Source of the DNA: an uncultured Candidatus Saccharibacteria bacterium
GTDB taxonomy: Bacteria > Patescibacteriota > Minisyncoccia > Phycocordibacterales > UBA12088
Assembly (NCBI GenBank): GCA_964411375.1
Contig: CAYPKR010000003.1
Span: forward strand, 7,237-71,236
Length of the DNA: 64,000 nt
Direction: 5' to 3'
Position 1 is the first letter of the stretch. Every line of letters starts with the position of its first letter. Positions 37,817 through 46,838 of this stretch are shown here, in pieces. The notes below the pieces were generated by a model. That model had not been told where the DNA came from, did no database searches, and worked only from the letters and a program-made list of their open reading frames with translations. The translations under genes and the position numbers were made by a program.

Positions 37817-39019
37817 ATGCCAACAACTCGCTGTCTCTTGTGCAATTCACTCAATCTTGCTCCGATTATTAATCTCGGTTTTCATCCGCTTGCCGACACC
37901 TTTCTCAAACAGGAACAGCTCTCCGCAATGGAGCCGACGTATCCTTTGACCGTATCGCTCTGTATGAATTGCGGACATGCGATGGAAGGATTCATCGTGC
38001 CGCCTGAAGTTCGCTACCAAGAAAACGACTACAGCTACGACTCGGGAAATTCAAAAGTCTCGATTAACCATTTCAATGAATTCGCTAAAGAAGTCGGTGA
38101 GAAATATTCTCTGACCGACAAAGATCTCGTCGTCGATATCGGCAGCAATGTCGGCACGCTGCTCGAAGGATTCCGCTCGCAGTTTAATACGCCGGTTCTC
38201 GGCGTCGAGCCAGCGCCGAACATGGCGAACATTGCGGATGAGCGAAACGTTCCGACCATCCACGGATTTTTTGACGCGAAAGCGGCTGCCGAAATACAGA
38301 GCAAAGGCGGTGCAAAAGTAATAACCGCGACCAATGTCTACAATCATATCGGTGATCTCGACACCTTTATGAACGATATCAAAACCGCGCTTCGTCCCGA
38401 CGGCGTATTTATTTTTGAAGCACCCTACCTGAAACTGTTGGTAGACAAGATGGCGTTCGACACGATCTATCTCGAACACACGTCATACTTTGCTGTGAAG
38501 CCTCTCGCCGCGTTTTATGCGAAGCGCGGATTTGCGATTACCGATGTCATTACGAATGATTATATGGGCGGCTCAATGCGCATGACGGTTGCGCTTGGAG
38601 ATACTCACGCACCGATTGTCGCCGAGATGGTAACTAATGAAGAAGCGATGCAGTTATTTAGTGTAGAAATGTACAAAGGATTTCAGGAAAAGGTTAATGC
38701 GTTTAAAGTGGATCTTTTGGATCAGCTCATTACTGCAAAGAAGGCAGGTGGAAAAATTATCGGCATCGGTGCGGCGACTAAAGGAAACACGTTGCTTAAT
38801 TTTTGCGAAATTGATTCAACACTCCTTGAGTTCGTTACCGATTCTTCTCCGTACAAAATTGGAAAGTATACGCCGGGCTCGCATATTCCGATCAAGCCGG
38901 ACGAAGCGATTACGTCGGAGATTACCCACGCACTTATTTTGCCGTGGAATATCGCAGAATTTTTGAAAGGGAAACTCGGGCACTCAAATCTCAAGTTTAT
39001 TACGCCGCACATGGATTAA
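37817..39019 (+). CDS. sugar C-methyltransferase (TylC3/NovU-like class I SAM MTase with N-terminal zinc ribbon)
   Basis: CLLCNS...CMNCGH ribbon; VVDIGSNVGTL motif I; C-terminal C-methyltransferase-like domain (about 400 aa total). Confidence 0.7.
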   Translation: MPTTRCLLCNSLNLAPIINLGFHPLADTFLKQEQLSAMEPTYPLTVSLCMNCGHAMEGFIVPPEVRYQENDYSYDSGNSKVSINHFNEFAKEVGEKYSLTDKDLVVDIGSNVGTLLEGFRSQFNTPVLGVEPAPNMANIADERNVPTIHGFFDAKAAAEIQSKGGAKVITATNVYNHIGDLDTFMNDIKTALRPDGVFIFEAPYLKLLVDKMAFDTIYLEHTSYFAVKPLAAFYAKRGFAITDVITNDYMGGSMRMTVALGDTHAPIVAEMVTNEEAMQLFSVEMYKGFQEKVNAFKVDLLDQLITAKKAGGKIIGIGAATKGNTLLNFCEIDSTLLEFVTDSSPYKIGKYTPGSHIPIKPDEAITSEITHALILPWNIAEFLKGKLGHSNLKFITPHMD

Positions 39020-39047
39020 CATAGTAATAATTACGTAATTAACGATT

Positions 39048-39443
39048 ATGAAGTTAGAGAAAAAGCCGGTAAATTTTGAAGATGCGCGCGGCACGATTAT
39101 GGACATTATTGTCGGTGAGCCGCGCGAACACTGCACGATTATTTTCACCAAAGTAGGAGGAGTTCGCGGCAATCATTACCACAAACAATCTCAGCAATCA
39201 GACTTTTTGGTTTCTGGTCATATGAAGGTATACGGTCGCAAAAATAACGAAGGCGAAATTGTTGAAGCAGATTTTATGCCGAACGATTACGTCGAATGGG
39301 ATGCAGGTGAATCCCACGAATTTGTTGCGGTTGAGGATTCAGTCTTTATCACATTCGTAAACGGTCCGCGTGGTGGCGAGGCATTTGAGTCGGATACCTT
39401 CCGTCTCGATGTGCCCCTCCATGAAGAATTTGCCAAACAGTAA
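39048..39443 (+). CDS. WxcM/FdtA-like cupin (sugar 3,4-ketoisomerase-like)
   Basis: 131-aa cupin with VRGNHYH and ESHEF His-containing motifs. Confidence 0.6.
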   Translation: MKLEKKPVNFEDARGTIMDIIVGEPREHCTIIFTKVGGVRGNHYHKQSQQSDFLVSGHMKVYGRKNNEGEIVEADFMPNDYVEWDAGESHEFVAVEDSVFITFVNGPRGGEAFESDTFRLDVPLHEEFAKQ

Positions 39444-39467
39444 GGCACCAAGTAGTATCGAACCACA

Positions 39468-40589
39468 ATGAAAGATTCTGCTCGTCCGCTCCGGGTGCTC
39501 GCGCTCGCTCCGACCAACGTACCAATGTCGGGGTGGGGTCGCTATGCCCATGCGGTGGGGCGAGAACTCACTAAGCAAGGAATCGAATACACGCTCCTTG
39601 CAGAAATGCCTGACCCCGAACATCCTGAGCGTCCATATCTTTTGAAGCGCACCAAGTTTTCTCTTTTCAGAAATATTTTGACGGTACGACGAGCTGTTAA
39701 AAATGTCGACATCGTTCATGCATTCGATATCTGGCCGTACGGCATCTACGGTTTTTTTGCCGTTTTAGGGTCCAAGAAAAAATTGTTTATGACCGGTGTC
39801 GCGACGTATTCAATTGCGCCTGCTCGGAAAGGATTGAAATGGTTCCTCATGTGGCTTGCGAGTAAAAAGGCACGGGCGATTTTTTCGGTCAGCGCGTACA
39901 CCAAATCGAGAATCTATAAGCGCATGCCGACTGACAACAATGTTGTCGTATACTGGGGCGCTTCGTCGATTCCAACAATTACGCCTGAAAAAGTCGCTGA
40001 GTATCGAATCAAATACAATATTCACGATACGAAAACCCCGATTCTTTTAACGGTTGGCGAGATCAAACATCGCAAGGGGCAGTTTGATGTTGTTCGCGCA
40101 ATTCCAGAACTCAAGAAGCAATATCCGAATATTCTCTACTGCATTGTTGGTTCCGACAAAAAATATCTTGAATACACCGACGCTATCCGCGAATACGCAA
40201 AGCAAGAAGGAATCGAAGCGAATGTCAAAGTAATCACCGATGCAAAAACGGACGAATCACTCGCATTCTTCTACACGATTGCTAATATATTCCTTTTGAC
40301 TTCAAACAATGAAGGCGACCATTTCGAAGGATTCGGACTCGTTTTCCTCGAAGCAGAACAATTCGGCAAGCCAGTCATCGGCACTCTTGGATGCGGCGTT
40401 GAAGAAGCACAGCAACCCGGCTACAATGGCTATCTGGTGAGGCAGAGCGATCCAAAGGATATTGCAGAAAAAGTAGAAAAGACTGTAAGTGGTAATAAGG
40501 AACTGCTTGGCGAACATTCGAAAGATTTTGCGAGTCGATTTACATGGGAGAAGACAGTGAAGGAATATATCAAGCACTACAGAAAATAA
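39468..40589 (+). CDS. glycosyltransferase family 4
   Basis: FLLTSNNEGDHFEGFGLVFLEAEQFGKPVIGT motif. Confidence 0.8.
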   Translation: MKDSARPLRVLALAPTNVPMSGWGRYAHAVGRELTKQGIEYTLLAEMPDPEHPERPYLLKRTKFSLFRNILTVRRAVKNVDIVHAFDIWPYGIYGFFAVLGSKKKLFMTGVATYSIAPARKGLKWFLMWLASKKARAIFSVSAYTKSRIYKRMPTDNNVVVYWGASSIPTITPEKVAEYRIKYNIHDTKTPILLTVGEIKHRKGQFDVVRAIPELKKQYPNILYCIVGSDKKYLEYTDAIREYAKQEGIEANVKVITDAKTDESLAFFYTIANIFLLTSNNEGDHFEGFGLVFLEAEQFGKPVIGTLGCGVEEAQQPGYNGYLVRQSDPKDIAEKVEKTVSGNKELLGEHSKDFASRFTWEKTVKEYIKHYRK

Positions 40590-40604
40590 TCATACAATAA
40601 AATT

Positions 40605-41249
40605 ATGCGCGCATTTGTTTTCTCCGTCTTTTCTTTTATACGCAAAACATTCGGTATCTATCAGCGCCCGACTCGCTACGATCATTTGTATGAGTATGCG
40701 AACAAGCTACAGGCAAAGCGCATTATGGAAATCGGCACGTGGAAAGGGGAGCGTGCGCGTCAAATGATTGCCGTTGCAAAAAAGTATCACAAACCGGAAG
40801 AAGTCGAATACTATGGATTCGATCTCTTCCAGACGATGGATAAGGACACGTACGCGTACGAAATTTCCAAGCAGCCGCCAAGCCGTGCAGAAATAGAAAA
40901 AGAACTCGCGACAACCGGAGCAAAGATCAATCTCTTTGAAGGCGATACAACGAAGACGCTTCCGGGAGTTGTCTCGACACTTCCCAAGATGGACATCATC
41001 TATATCGACGGTGGACACAGCTACGACACTATTCTTTCTGACTGGGAAAATTCCGCAAAACTCATGCATGAAAAAACCGTCGTCATCTTTGACGATTACT
41101 GGCAAAATCGCGCTGATGGCGCAAAGCCGATTGTCGATAAAATTGATCAGAATAAATACCGAGTCGTGCTGCTTCCTGCGATGGACGTCTTCTTCAATCC
41201 CGATTTCGGCCGTCTCGTCATTCGCTTCGCGATGGTAACGAAGAAGTAG
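40605..41249 (+). CDS. class I SAM-dependent methyltransferase (TylF/CmcI-like)
   Basis: MEIGTWKGERA (motif I), IYIDGGHSYD motif typical of TylF/CmcI family. Confidence 0.6.
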   Translation: MRAFVFSVFSFIRKTFGIYQRPTRYDHLYEYANKLQAKRIMEIGTWKGERARQMIAVAKKYHKPEEVEYYGFDLFQTMDKDTYAYEISKQPPSRAEIEKELATTGAKINLFEGDTTKTLPGVVSTLPKMDIIYIDGGHSYDTILSDWENSAKLMHEKTVVIFDDYWQNRADGAKPIVDKIDQNKYRVVLLPAMDVFFNPDFGRLVIRFAMVTKK

Positions 41250-41253
41250 CTAC

Positions 41254-42111
41254 TTATAGCTTCGCCATCACTTCAAACGCATCTTTGCGTACATGTCCTT
41301 TTGCGATTTCGTCCTTGACCATCGCTTCGGTGATCGCGCCGTCTTTGATTGCGTCACGCACTAATTCGAAAAAGAATTTCTCAACATTTGGATCGGCGTG
41401 CGGCTGGTAGGTGCGCGACACTTTGCCAGTCATTACGAGAATTGGTTCACGCGGAATAAATCCAAGTATCGGCTTCATATTGCGCTCAAAATCGATCGGA
41501 AGTCCGGTGCGCCATGGTTGGGTTTCGCGCTTTGAAGTATGAAGCATTTTTGTTTCTGATGTCAGTACGTCGATCGAGTTCCAAATGCGGGGGAGTTCTT
41601 TAACCGTTTCTGGATCAATTTTTCGCATGCGAATGATATCGGCGTAATCGATTTCTTTTTTGTGAAGTTTGTCGAGATAATTTCCGACATTCCAGTCGGT
41701 GAGTTTGGCGCAATCAAGAAGCATCATACTCGATTCAAACGAACCTTGCTTTGCCTTGCATGCCGCAAGCGATTTTCCTTCAAGATCCATATCGAAGAGT
41801 TCGTGAATGTCGACTCTAGCAAAAATATCTGGATCAATTACCACCGCACGTCCTTGGTAACCCATTCGCTCCGGCGGCAGGAATCTTGTCAAAGTAAACG
41901 ACTGCAAGTCTTCCGGATCATACTTCGTCAAAATACCGTCCCGAATATATTCTGCGCCAACAAAATTCTTAAACATCGGGTCGTCGTCGACATTGAGAAA
42001 TTCGACCCGAATATCCTTCGGTTTCTCTAGTCTCTCGATCGCGTACTTCGCGATGTGGGCGCCTAAAATCTGTTTGTTATTTGCTTGTATAAATACCGCG
42101 CGTGTTTCCAT
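41254..42111 (-). CDS. hypothetical protein, possible GT-A-fold nucleotide-sugar transferase (DPD motif)
   Basis: 285-aa ORF with good coding character; GRAVVIDPDIF DxD-like; no confident family. Confidence 0.45.
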   Translation of the reverse strand: METRAVFIQANNKQILGAHIAKYAIERLEKPKDIRVEFLNVDDDPMFKNFVGAEYIRDGILTKYDPEDLQSFTLTRFLPPERMGYQGRAVVIDPDIFARVDIHELFDMDLEGKSLAACKAKQGSFESSMMLLDCAKLTDWNVGNYLDKLHKKEIDYADIIRMRKIDPETVKELPRIWNSIDVLTSETKMLHTSKRETQPWRTGLPIDFERNMKPILGFIPREPILVMTGKVSRTYQPHADPNVEKFFFELVRDAIKDGAITEAMVKDEIAKGHVRKDAFEVMAKL

Positions 42112-42251
42112 GAAAATGTGGCTATTATTGGACTCCTAGCTACTTCCTTGCGGCAGAGGCTCGAAGAGCGTTTAATAATGACGTTATCGATATTGAAACA
42201 TTTTGGCGTCCAGAATAGTTTCAAGGATATTATAGGACATTTCCCTCATAC

Positions 42252-43226
42252 ATGTTGAAAAAAACCCTGATTGGAATTATCCAGCGAAAACCCTCGATGT
42301 ACACCGGATCGGTCGTTTTAAACGTGCTCGGCGCACAGCCGATCCGCACCTTCTATCTCTGGTGCCGTCGGTCCTTTCATTTCCCGATCGTTCTTAAAAG
42401 CCAGTTTCGACCCTATCTTGCCGAACTCGAAGAAAACGGGGCAGTCATCATTCCAAATTTTCTCTCACCCGAGGAGTATACAAAGTTCAAGGCAGAGTTC
42501 GACTCGCTCTCGCCAAATTTTCCTCCGGACTATTCAGAGATCGCACTTCCACACGTTGATCGCTTGAGTCTCCATGACGGTCGCGTTTCGGGATTTGCCA
42601 AGCACCTCTTCTTGGACAGTCCGCTCATTCGTGCGCTCACGATTGGATACTTGAAGCGCGAATATCATTTCCCCTACAACGCCTATCTCACCAAGATTTA
42701 TCTGAATCAGGAAGAACTCGACAAGCCCAAAAACGGCGGCACCAACAATATTCATTTCGATGCGCCTACTCGCGTGCTCAAATTCTTCTATTATGTCACT
42801 GACACCAACGAACAAAACTCGGCGCTCTATTACTGCATGGGCACCAACAAGCGCGGAAAACTTTCGCGTCTCTGGTTTGAATATAAGTTGTCGATTCGAT
42901 TCGCGATGAACAAATGGAATCCAAACAACGAAGGGGAATATCTCGCGGCAGATCCATGGGTAAAGCTCACACCTGAAGAAGTCAAAAAATATCACCTCAC
43001 CGAAAAGCCAATCAATGTAAAAGGGAATACGCTCGTTGCGGCGGATGTCGGTGCGTTCCATCGTCGTGGGGCATTCTTGAAGCCGGGCGTTCGAGAAACC
43101 GTTGAAATCAATTTCCGTGAAATCGAAACGCTTCGCCACACGTTCTACCCACTTGAACGATTTGCTCGGAAGCTTTTGAAAAAAGAAAAACCACTGAAGG
43201 CTCCGCTCACCGCTTCGACGATGTAA
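42252..43226 (+). CDS. PhyH-like Fe(II)/2-oxoglutarate-dependent oxygenase
   Basis: NIHFDAP (HxD) and distal His (GAFHRRG) arranged like PhyH/2OG oxygenases. Confidence 0.55.
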   Translation: MLKKTLIGIIQRKPSMYTGSVVLNVLGAQPIRTFYLWCRRSFHFPIVLKSQFRPYLAELEENGAVIIPNFLSPEEYTKFKAEFDSLSPNFPPDYSEIALPHVDRLSLHDGRVSGFAKHLFLDSPLIRALTIGYLKREYHFPYNAYLTKIYLNQEELDKPKNGGTNNIHFDAPTRVLKFFYYVTDTNEQNSALYYCMGTNKRGKLSRLWFEYKLSIRFAMNKWNPNNEGEYLAADPWVKLTPEEVKKYHLTEKPINVKGNTLVAADVGAFHRRGAFLKPGVRETVEINFREIETLRHTFYPLERFARKLLKKEKPLKAPLTASTM

Positions 43227-43239
43227 TCGGCTATACAGA

Positions 43240-43995
43240 ATGAAACACGAGCGAATCCTCGGGATAATCCCCGCACGACTTAATTCAACAAGACTTCCCG
43301 GCAAAATGCTTCTCGATATGCTCGGGAAGCCTTTGATTGTGCGCACCTACGAGCAAGCAAAAAAAGCGTCGATGCTTGATGACGTAGTCGTTGCGACTGA
43401 TTCTCCGGAAATCAAAGCGGCAGTTCACGCATTTGGCGGGAAGGTACTCCTTACTTCATCAAAACCAAAAACGGGGAGTGATCGAGTCGCAGAAGCCGCA
43501 GCAAAATTTCGTGACTTCAGACCCGACATCGTACTTAATATCCAAGGCGATGAACCTTTGATGCCGTCTGCCGCAATAAATACGACTGCAAAACTCCTCC
43601 TTGGCGAAAAGCGCGCAGTCATGTCGACTGTTGCGTCGCGTTTCACAAAGGAGAGTGAGCTTTTGGAACCTGGACTCGTCAAAGTCGTCATCGACAAAAA
43701 TGGATACGCACTCTACTTTTCCCGCTCGGTAATTCCACATCCTCGCGTCCCGGTGCCAATTGAAAACTACTTCAATCACATCGGTATTTACGGATACAAA
43801 GCTGATTTTTTGAAACAATATGTGAAGCTTAAACAAACACCGCTCGAGCTTGCGGAATCCTTGGAACAACTTCGCGCGCTTGAAAATGGATTTGAAATAA
43901 AAGTCGGCGTGGGGAAGTTTGAACGCGCGGAAGTGAACGAAGCGCATGAATTCAAACGAGCGCTTGAGATGATGCGAGGGCGCGGACGCGTATAA
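43240..43995 (+). CDS. KdsB-family CMP-sugar synthetase (3-deoxy-manno-octulosonate cytidylyltransferase-like)
   Basis: GIIPARLNSTRLPGKML, NIQGDEPL motifs diagnostic of KdsB/NeuA cytidylyltransferases. Confidence 0.8.
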   Translation: MKHERILGIIPARLNSTRLPGKMLLDMLGKPLIVRTYEQAKKASMLDDVVVATDSPEIKAAVHAFGGKVLLTSSKPKTGSDRVAEAAAKFRDFRPDIVLNIQGDEPLMPSAAINTTAKLLLGEKRAVMSTVASRFTKESELLEPGLVKVVIDKNGYALYFSRSVIPHPRVPVPIENYFNHIGIYGYKADFLKQYVKLKQTPLELAESLEQLRALENGFEIKVGVGKFERAEVNEAHEFKRALEMMRGRGRV

Positions 43996-43996
43996 T
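43991..43996 (+). promoter_or_regulatory. consensus -10 hexamer TATAAT 7 bp upstream of ATG 44003 (leaderless-type)
   Basis: gcgcgtataatagcagaATG seen in sequence. Confidence 0.35.
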
Positions 43997-44002
43997 AGCA
44001 GA

Positions 44003-45463
44003 ATGGAATTCGGAAAGCCTGATGTCTGGGACTATAAAGCACACCAAGTGCTGATTGCCAAAATAAACGCGCTCACTATTCGGGGAGTACCGCTTAGGGA
44101 TGCATTCGAAATCGGTGGGTATAATGCGTGGCAGTGGTATCAAGGACTATTGTTTGAGTCGATAAAATGGCGCGTCGTTGACGGGGTGACGCCTTCGTAT
44201 GATCTGCTTTCGTATAAGCGAATGCTCTATGAAATAGCAAAACTCAAAATTTTTTTCTACATTTCACTTCTTGGATTCCTCGGGGCACTCATTCGCCGAC
44301 CGAAAGCCCTCCTCTACAGCATTGATCTTAAAAATTCTCGCTTTAAAGGAGATCAGCGAATTACTCCGGTGTATGACGCATTCTTGCGCACTCATACGCG
44401 ATTTGTGGAATGCTTTCATGTCGGAAGAGGAAGGAAGACATTCTATAATTGGATAGGTCGGGGACGACTATCCCTCTATCTCGAAGGGATCGATGCATTC
44501 TTTTTATTTTGGAGTATGCTCCGCCAATCTCCTATGCGTTCCGAATTTGCCGCAATTGATTTTTCTTCCATTCCTGAACGTGATCGCCCGCTTGCGCAAA
44601 AAGTTGTACGGAATCTGATCTATCGAATTGAACTTTCCAAAATGCGGATCCGCGTCTTCCGCCGCATCTTTCGTGCTCTCCGACTTCAAAAAATATTTTT
44701 GATTGATGACCCGCGCCATTTTTGGGAATTGATTGCCGCAGGGAAAGCAGAGGGAATTGAAACGATCGCACTTGAGCACGGACATTACACCCGCTATCAA
44801 CTTGGCCTCTTTCAATTTCCTCAAAGTCGCTACCCATACCTATCACCTGACATGCTATTGGTGTGGAGTGAATATTGGAAGCATGAACTCGAAAAATATC
44901 ATTCGGTATTTTCAAATATCACGGTTGCCGGATACAAAAGTCCAATTCCAGATGAAGTGCACCACAGACCAATCGGCGAAAAACTTCGAGTACTCGTGCC
45001 ATATGAAAGTGTAGCGCCAAAAGAGGCTGTGCGTACCTATCTCAAATTACTTTCGGCAGATCCTACGGTTTCAATCGTATTTAAACCAAGACCTGATTCT
45101 TCTGTAGATGAACAAATTCGCGACTATGTGCTCAACTCGGATTTAGTAACGGTTCTCGAAGCTCTTCCCAAAAATCCGCGCGATGTGTGTGATATTGCAA
45201 TTGGCACCTACACGACTCTGTTGTCGGAATTGGTTATGCAGGGTGTTCCGGTCGCTCTCCTTGAAACCCCAATGGATTATGGAGATGGTCTTGTGGAAAA
45301 TGGGATTGCGGGACGACTTCAGTTTGAACCTGTCTCATCTCTTACAGAAAGACTTCGCGTACTTGCTGCAATTGATCCCGCAGAAATTGCGCGCCGCAGA
45401 ACTGTGATTACGGGAAACGCAAATCAGATGATGGCAGATGAAATTGTCCGTATCCTTAGATAG
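44003..45463 (+). CDS. hypothetical protein with N-terminal TM segment; possible CMP-sugar/phosphosugar transferase (GT-B-like)
   Basis: 486 aa, one hydrophobic helix (FFYISLLGFLGALI), downstream of KdsB-like gene; family not identified. Confidence 0.4.
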   Translation: MEFGKPDVWDYKAHQVLIAKINALTIRGVPLRDAFEIGGYNAWQWYQGLLFESIKWRVVDGVTPSYDLLSYKRMLYEIAKLKIFFYISLLGFLGALIRRPKALLYSIDLKNSRFKGDQRITPVYDAFLRTHTRFVECFHVGRGRKTFYNWIGRGRLSLYLEGIDAFFLFWSMLRQSPMRSEFAAIDFSSIPERDRPLAQKVVRNLIYRIELSKMRIRVFRRIFRALRLQKIFLIDDPRHFWELIAAGKAEGIETIALEHGHYTRYQLGLFQFPQSRYPYLSPDMLLVWSEYWKHELEKYHSVFSNITVAGYKSPIPDEVHHRPIGEKLRVLVPYESVAPKEAVRTYLKLLSADPTVSIVFKPRPDSSVDEQIRDYVLNSDLVTVLEALPKNPRDVCDIAIGTYTTLLSELVMQGVPVALLETPMDYGDGLVENGIAGRLQFEPVSSLTERLRVLAAIDPAEIARRRTVITGNANQMMADEIVRILR

Positions 45464-46733
45464 ATTCTGCGGAAATATCTTTGTACGTTGCAAAGAGTAC
45501 AATAACCACGATAAGTTTAAATGCTTCACTCACAATGCGGGAAATAATCATTCCCATAAATCCGCCGAGCATAATCCCCGTAAACAAAATGCCAATCGTG
45601 CCGATCTGTGCAATTACATTGTATACATAGAGTCGCGGATGATTTTTGGTTACTTGAAGCGATGTCATCGGAATAATTCCCGCAGTTGAAAAAATAATCA
45701 TGATCGCATAAATCTGCGAGTAGGGGATTGCCTCAATATATTTGGGAAAAAATGCGTGGAAAATAATGGGCGCGACCAATGCATACGCGACCACCGCGCT
45801 CACGGTGAGGAACGTCACTTGGAGCAGTCGTCGGGGAAGAGCGGTCTTGGTTTCGGTAACACTGCGTGCTGACAATTTAGGAAGCATCAGTGAATAACTA
45901 TTTTTGAGAACTCCGCGAATTTGTTCAGGGAGCGCCGTCGCAAAGGTGTAGAGCGCAAGTTCCGCCGCACCCAAATAATGAAACACCAAAATTGAATCGA
46001 TTTGTTCCGCGAGTCCGCCCAAAATCCCCATGATACTCAAATGCGTGCCGAAGCGGATGGATTCACCACCTGTTAACACCGTTGCGGGATAGCGTTTCAG
46101 TGTACGGAGATACAGATAGAGTGAAATGAGTGCATTTGTTGTATAGTAGGTGAAAATAATCGCGACGACATTGTGGGTGATAAGCACAATGCCGATCAAA
46201 AATGGAATTGGAAAAACAGTTCGCGCAATTGCGTAGGTTGTGAGCGAAAAGAAATCGCGAATACCATTTAAGAATGATTGATAGAGTAGTGATGCGTTCC
46301 AAAAAGGAAGCGCGATCGCGGTGATGAGGAGACTCAAGCCTAATGTGTGGTTTCCGTGGACAAAATAGTAGGCGCCGCTTAAGAAGCCTACGATCGCCAT
46401 TGGAATCGAGCCTTTGAGACTTGCACGAAACGCGATTGGCATTTCCCCGTGATTTCCTTCAGCGACTGATTGCACTACAGAGATTGCAAGTCCAGTTAGA
46501 GAAAAAGTGGTAAGAAGTCCTGCGAGACTCAAAATATATTTGTACTGTCCGTACACTTCCTTGGGAACTAGATTGGCGAAGACAACCGCAAGTGCGAGCA
46601 TGGCAAGGGCGCTCACCACTTGGTTGATAAATAAAAGTGACCCGCCTTTAGCGAGATAGACGAGGTCAGTTTTGACGTAGGGTTCGAGGGCTCGAAGCAC
46701 GCGATAGAGCCATGATTTCGGATCGGCTTCCAT
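45456..46733 (-). CDS. Wzx-like polysaccharide/oligosaccharide flippase (MOP superfamily)
   Basis: about 12 TM, about 425 aa, typical Wzx N-terminal (LAKGGSLLFINQVVSAL); start at internal ATG (MEADPKSW) to avoid overlap with divergent gene. Confidence 0.7.
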   Translation of the reverse strand: MEADPKSWLYRVLRALEPYVKTDLVYLAKGGSLLFINQVVSALAMLALAVVFANLVPKEVYGQYKYILSLAGLLTTFSLTGLAISVVQSVAEGNHGEMPIAFRASLKGSIPMAIVGFLSGAYYFVHGNHTLGLSLLITAIALPFWNASLLYQSFLNGIRDFFSLTTYAIARTVFPIPFLIGIVLITHNVVAIIFTYYTTNALISLYLYLRTLKRYPATVLTGGESIRFGTHLSIMGILGGLAEQIDSILVFHYLGAAELALYTFATALPEQIRGVLKNSYSLMLPKLSARSVTETKTALPRRLLQVTFLTVSAVVAYALVAPIIFHAFFPKYIEAIPYSQIYAIMIIFSTAGIIPMTSLQVTKNHPRLYVYNVIAQIGTIGILFTGIMLGGFMGMIISRIVSEAFKLIVVIVLFATYKDISAESI

Positions 46734-46838
46734 GAATAGTACAACTATACCGTAGACACGGGCGTTTCCAGAGCAAGGTAAGGTGTAATATCGGCACGGA
46801 GGAAGCCATCTGTCTAGTTCGCTGAAGGCCGAGCCTTC

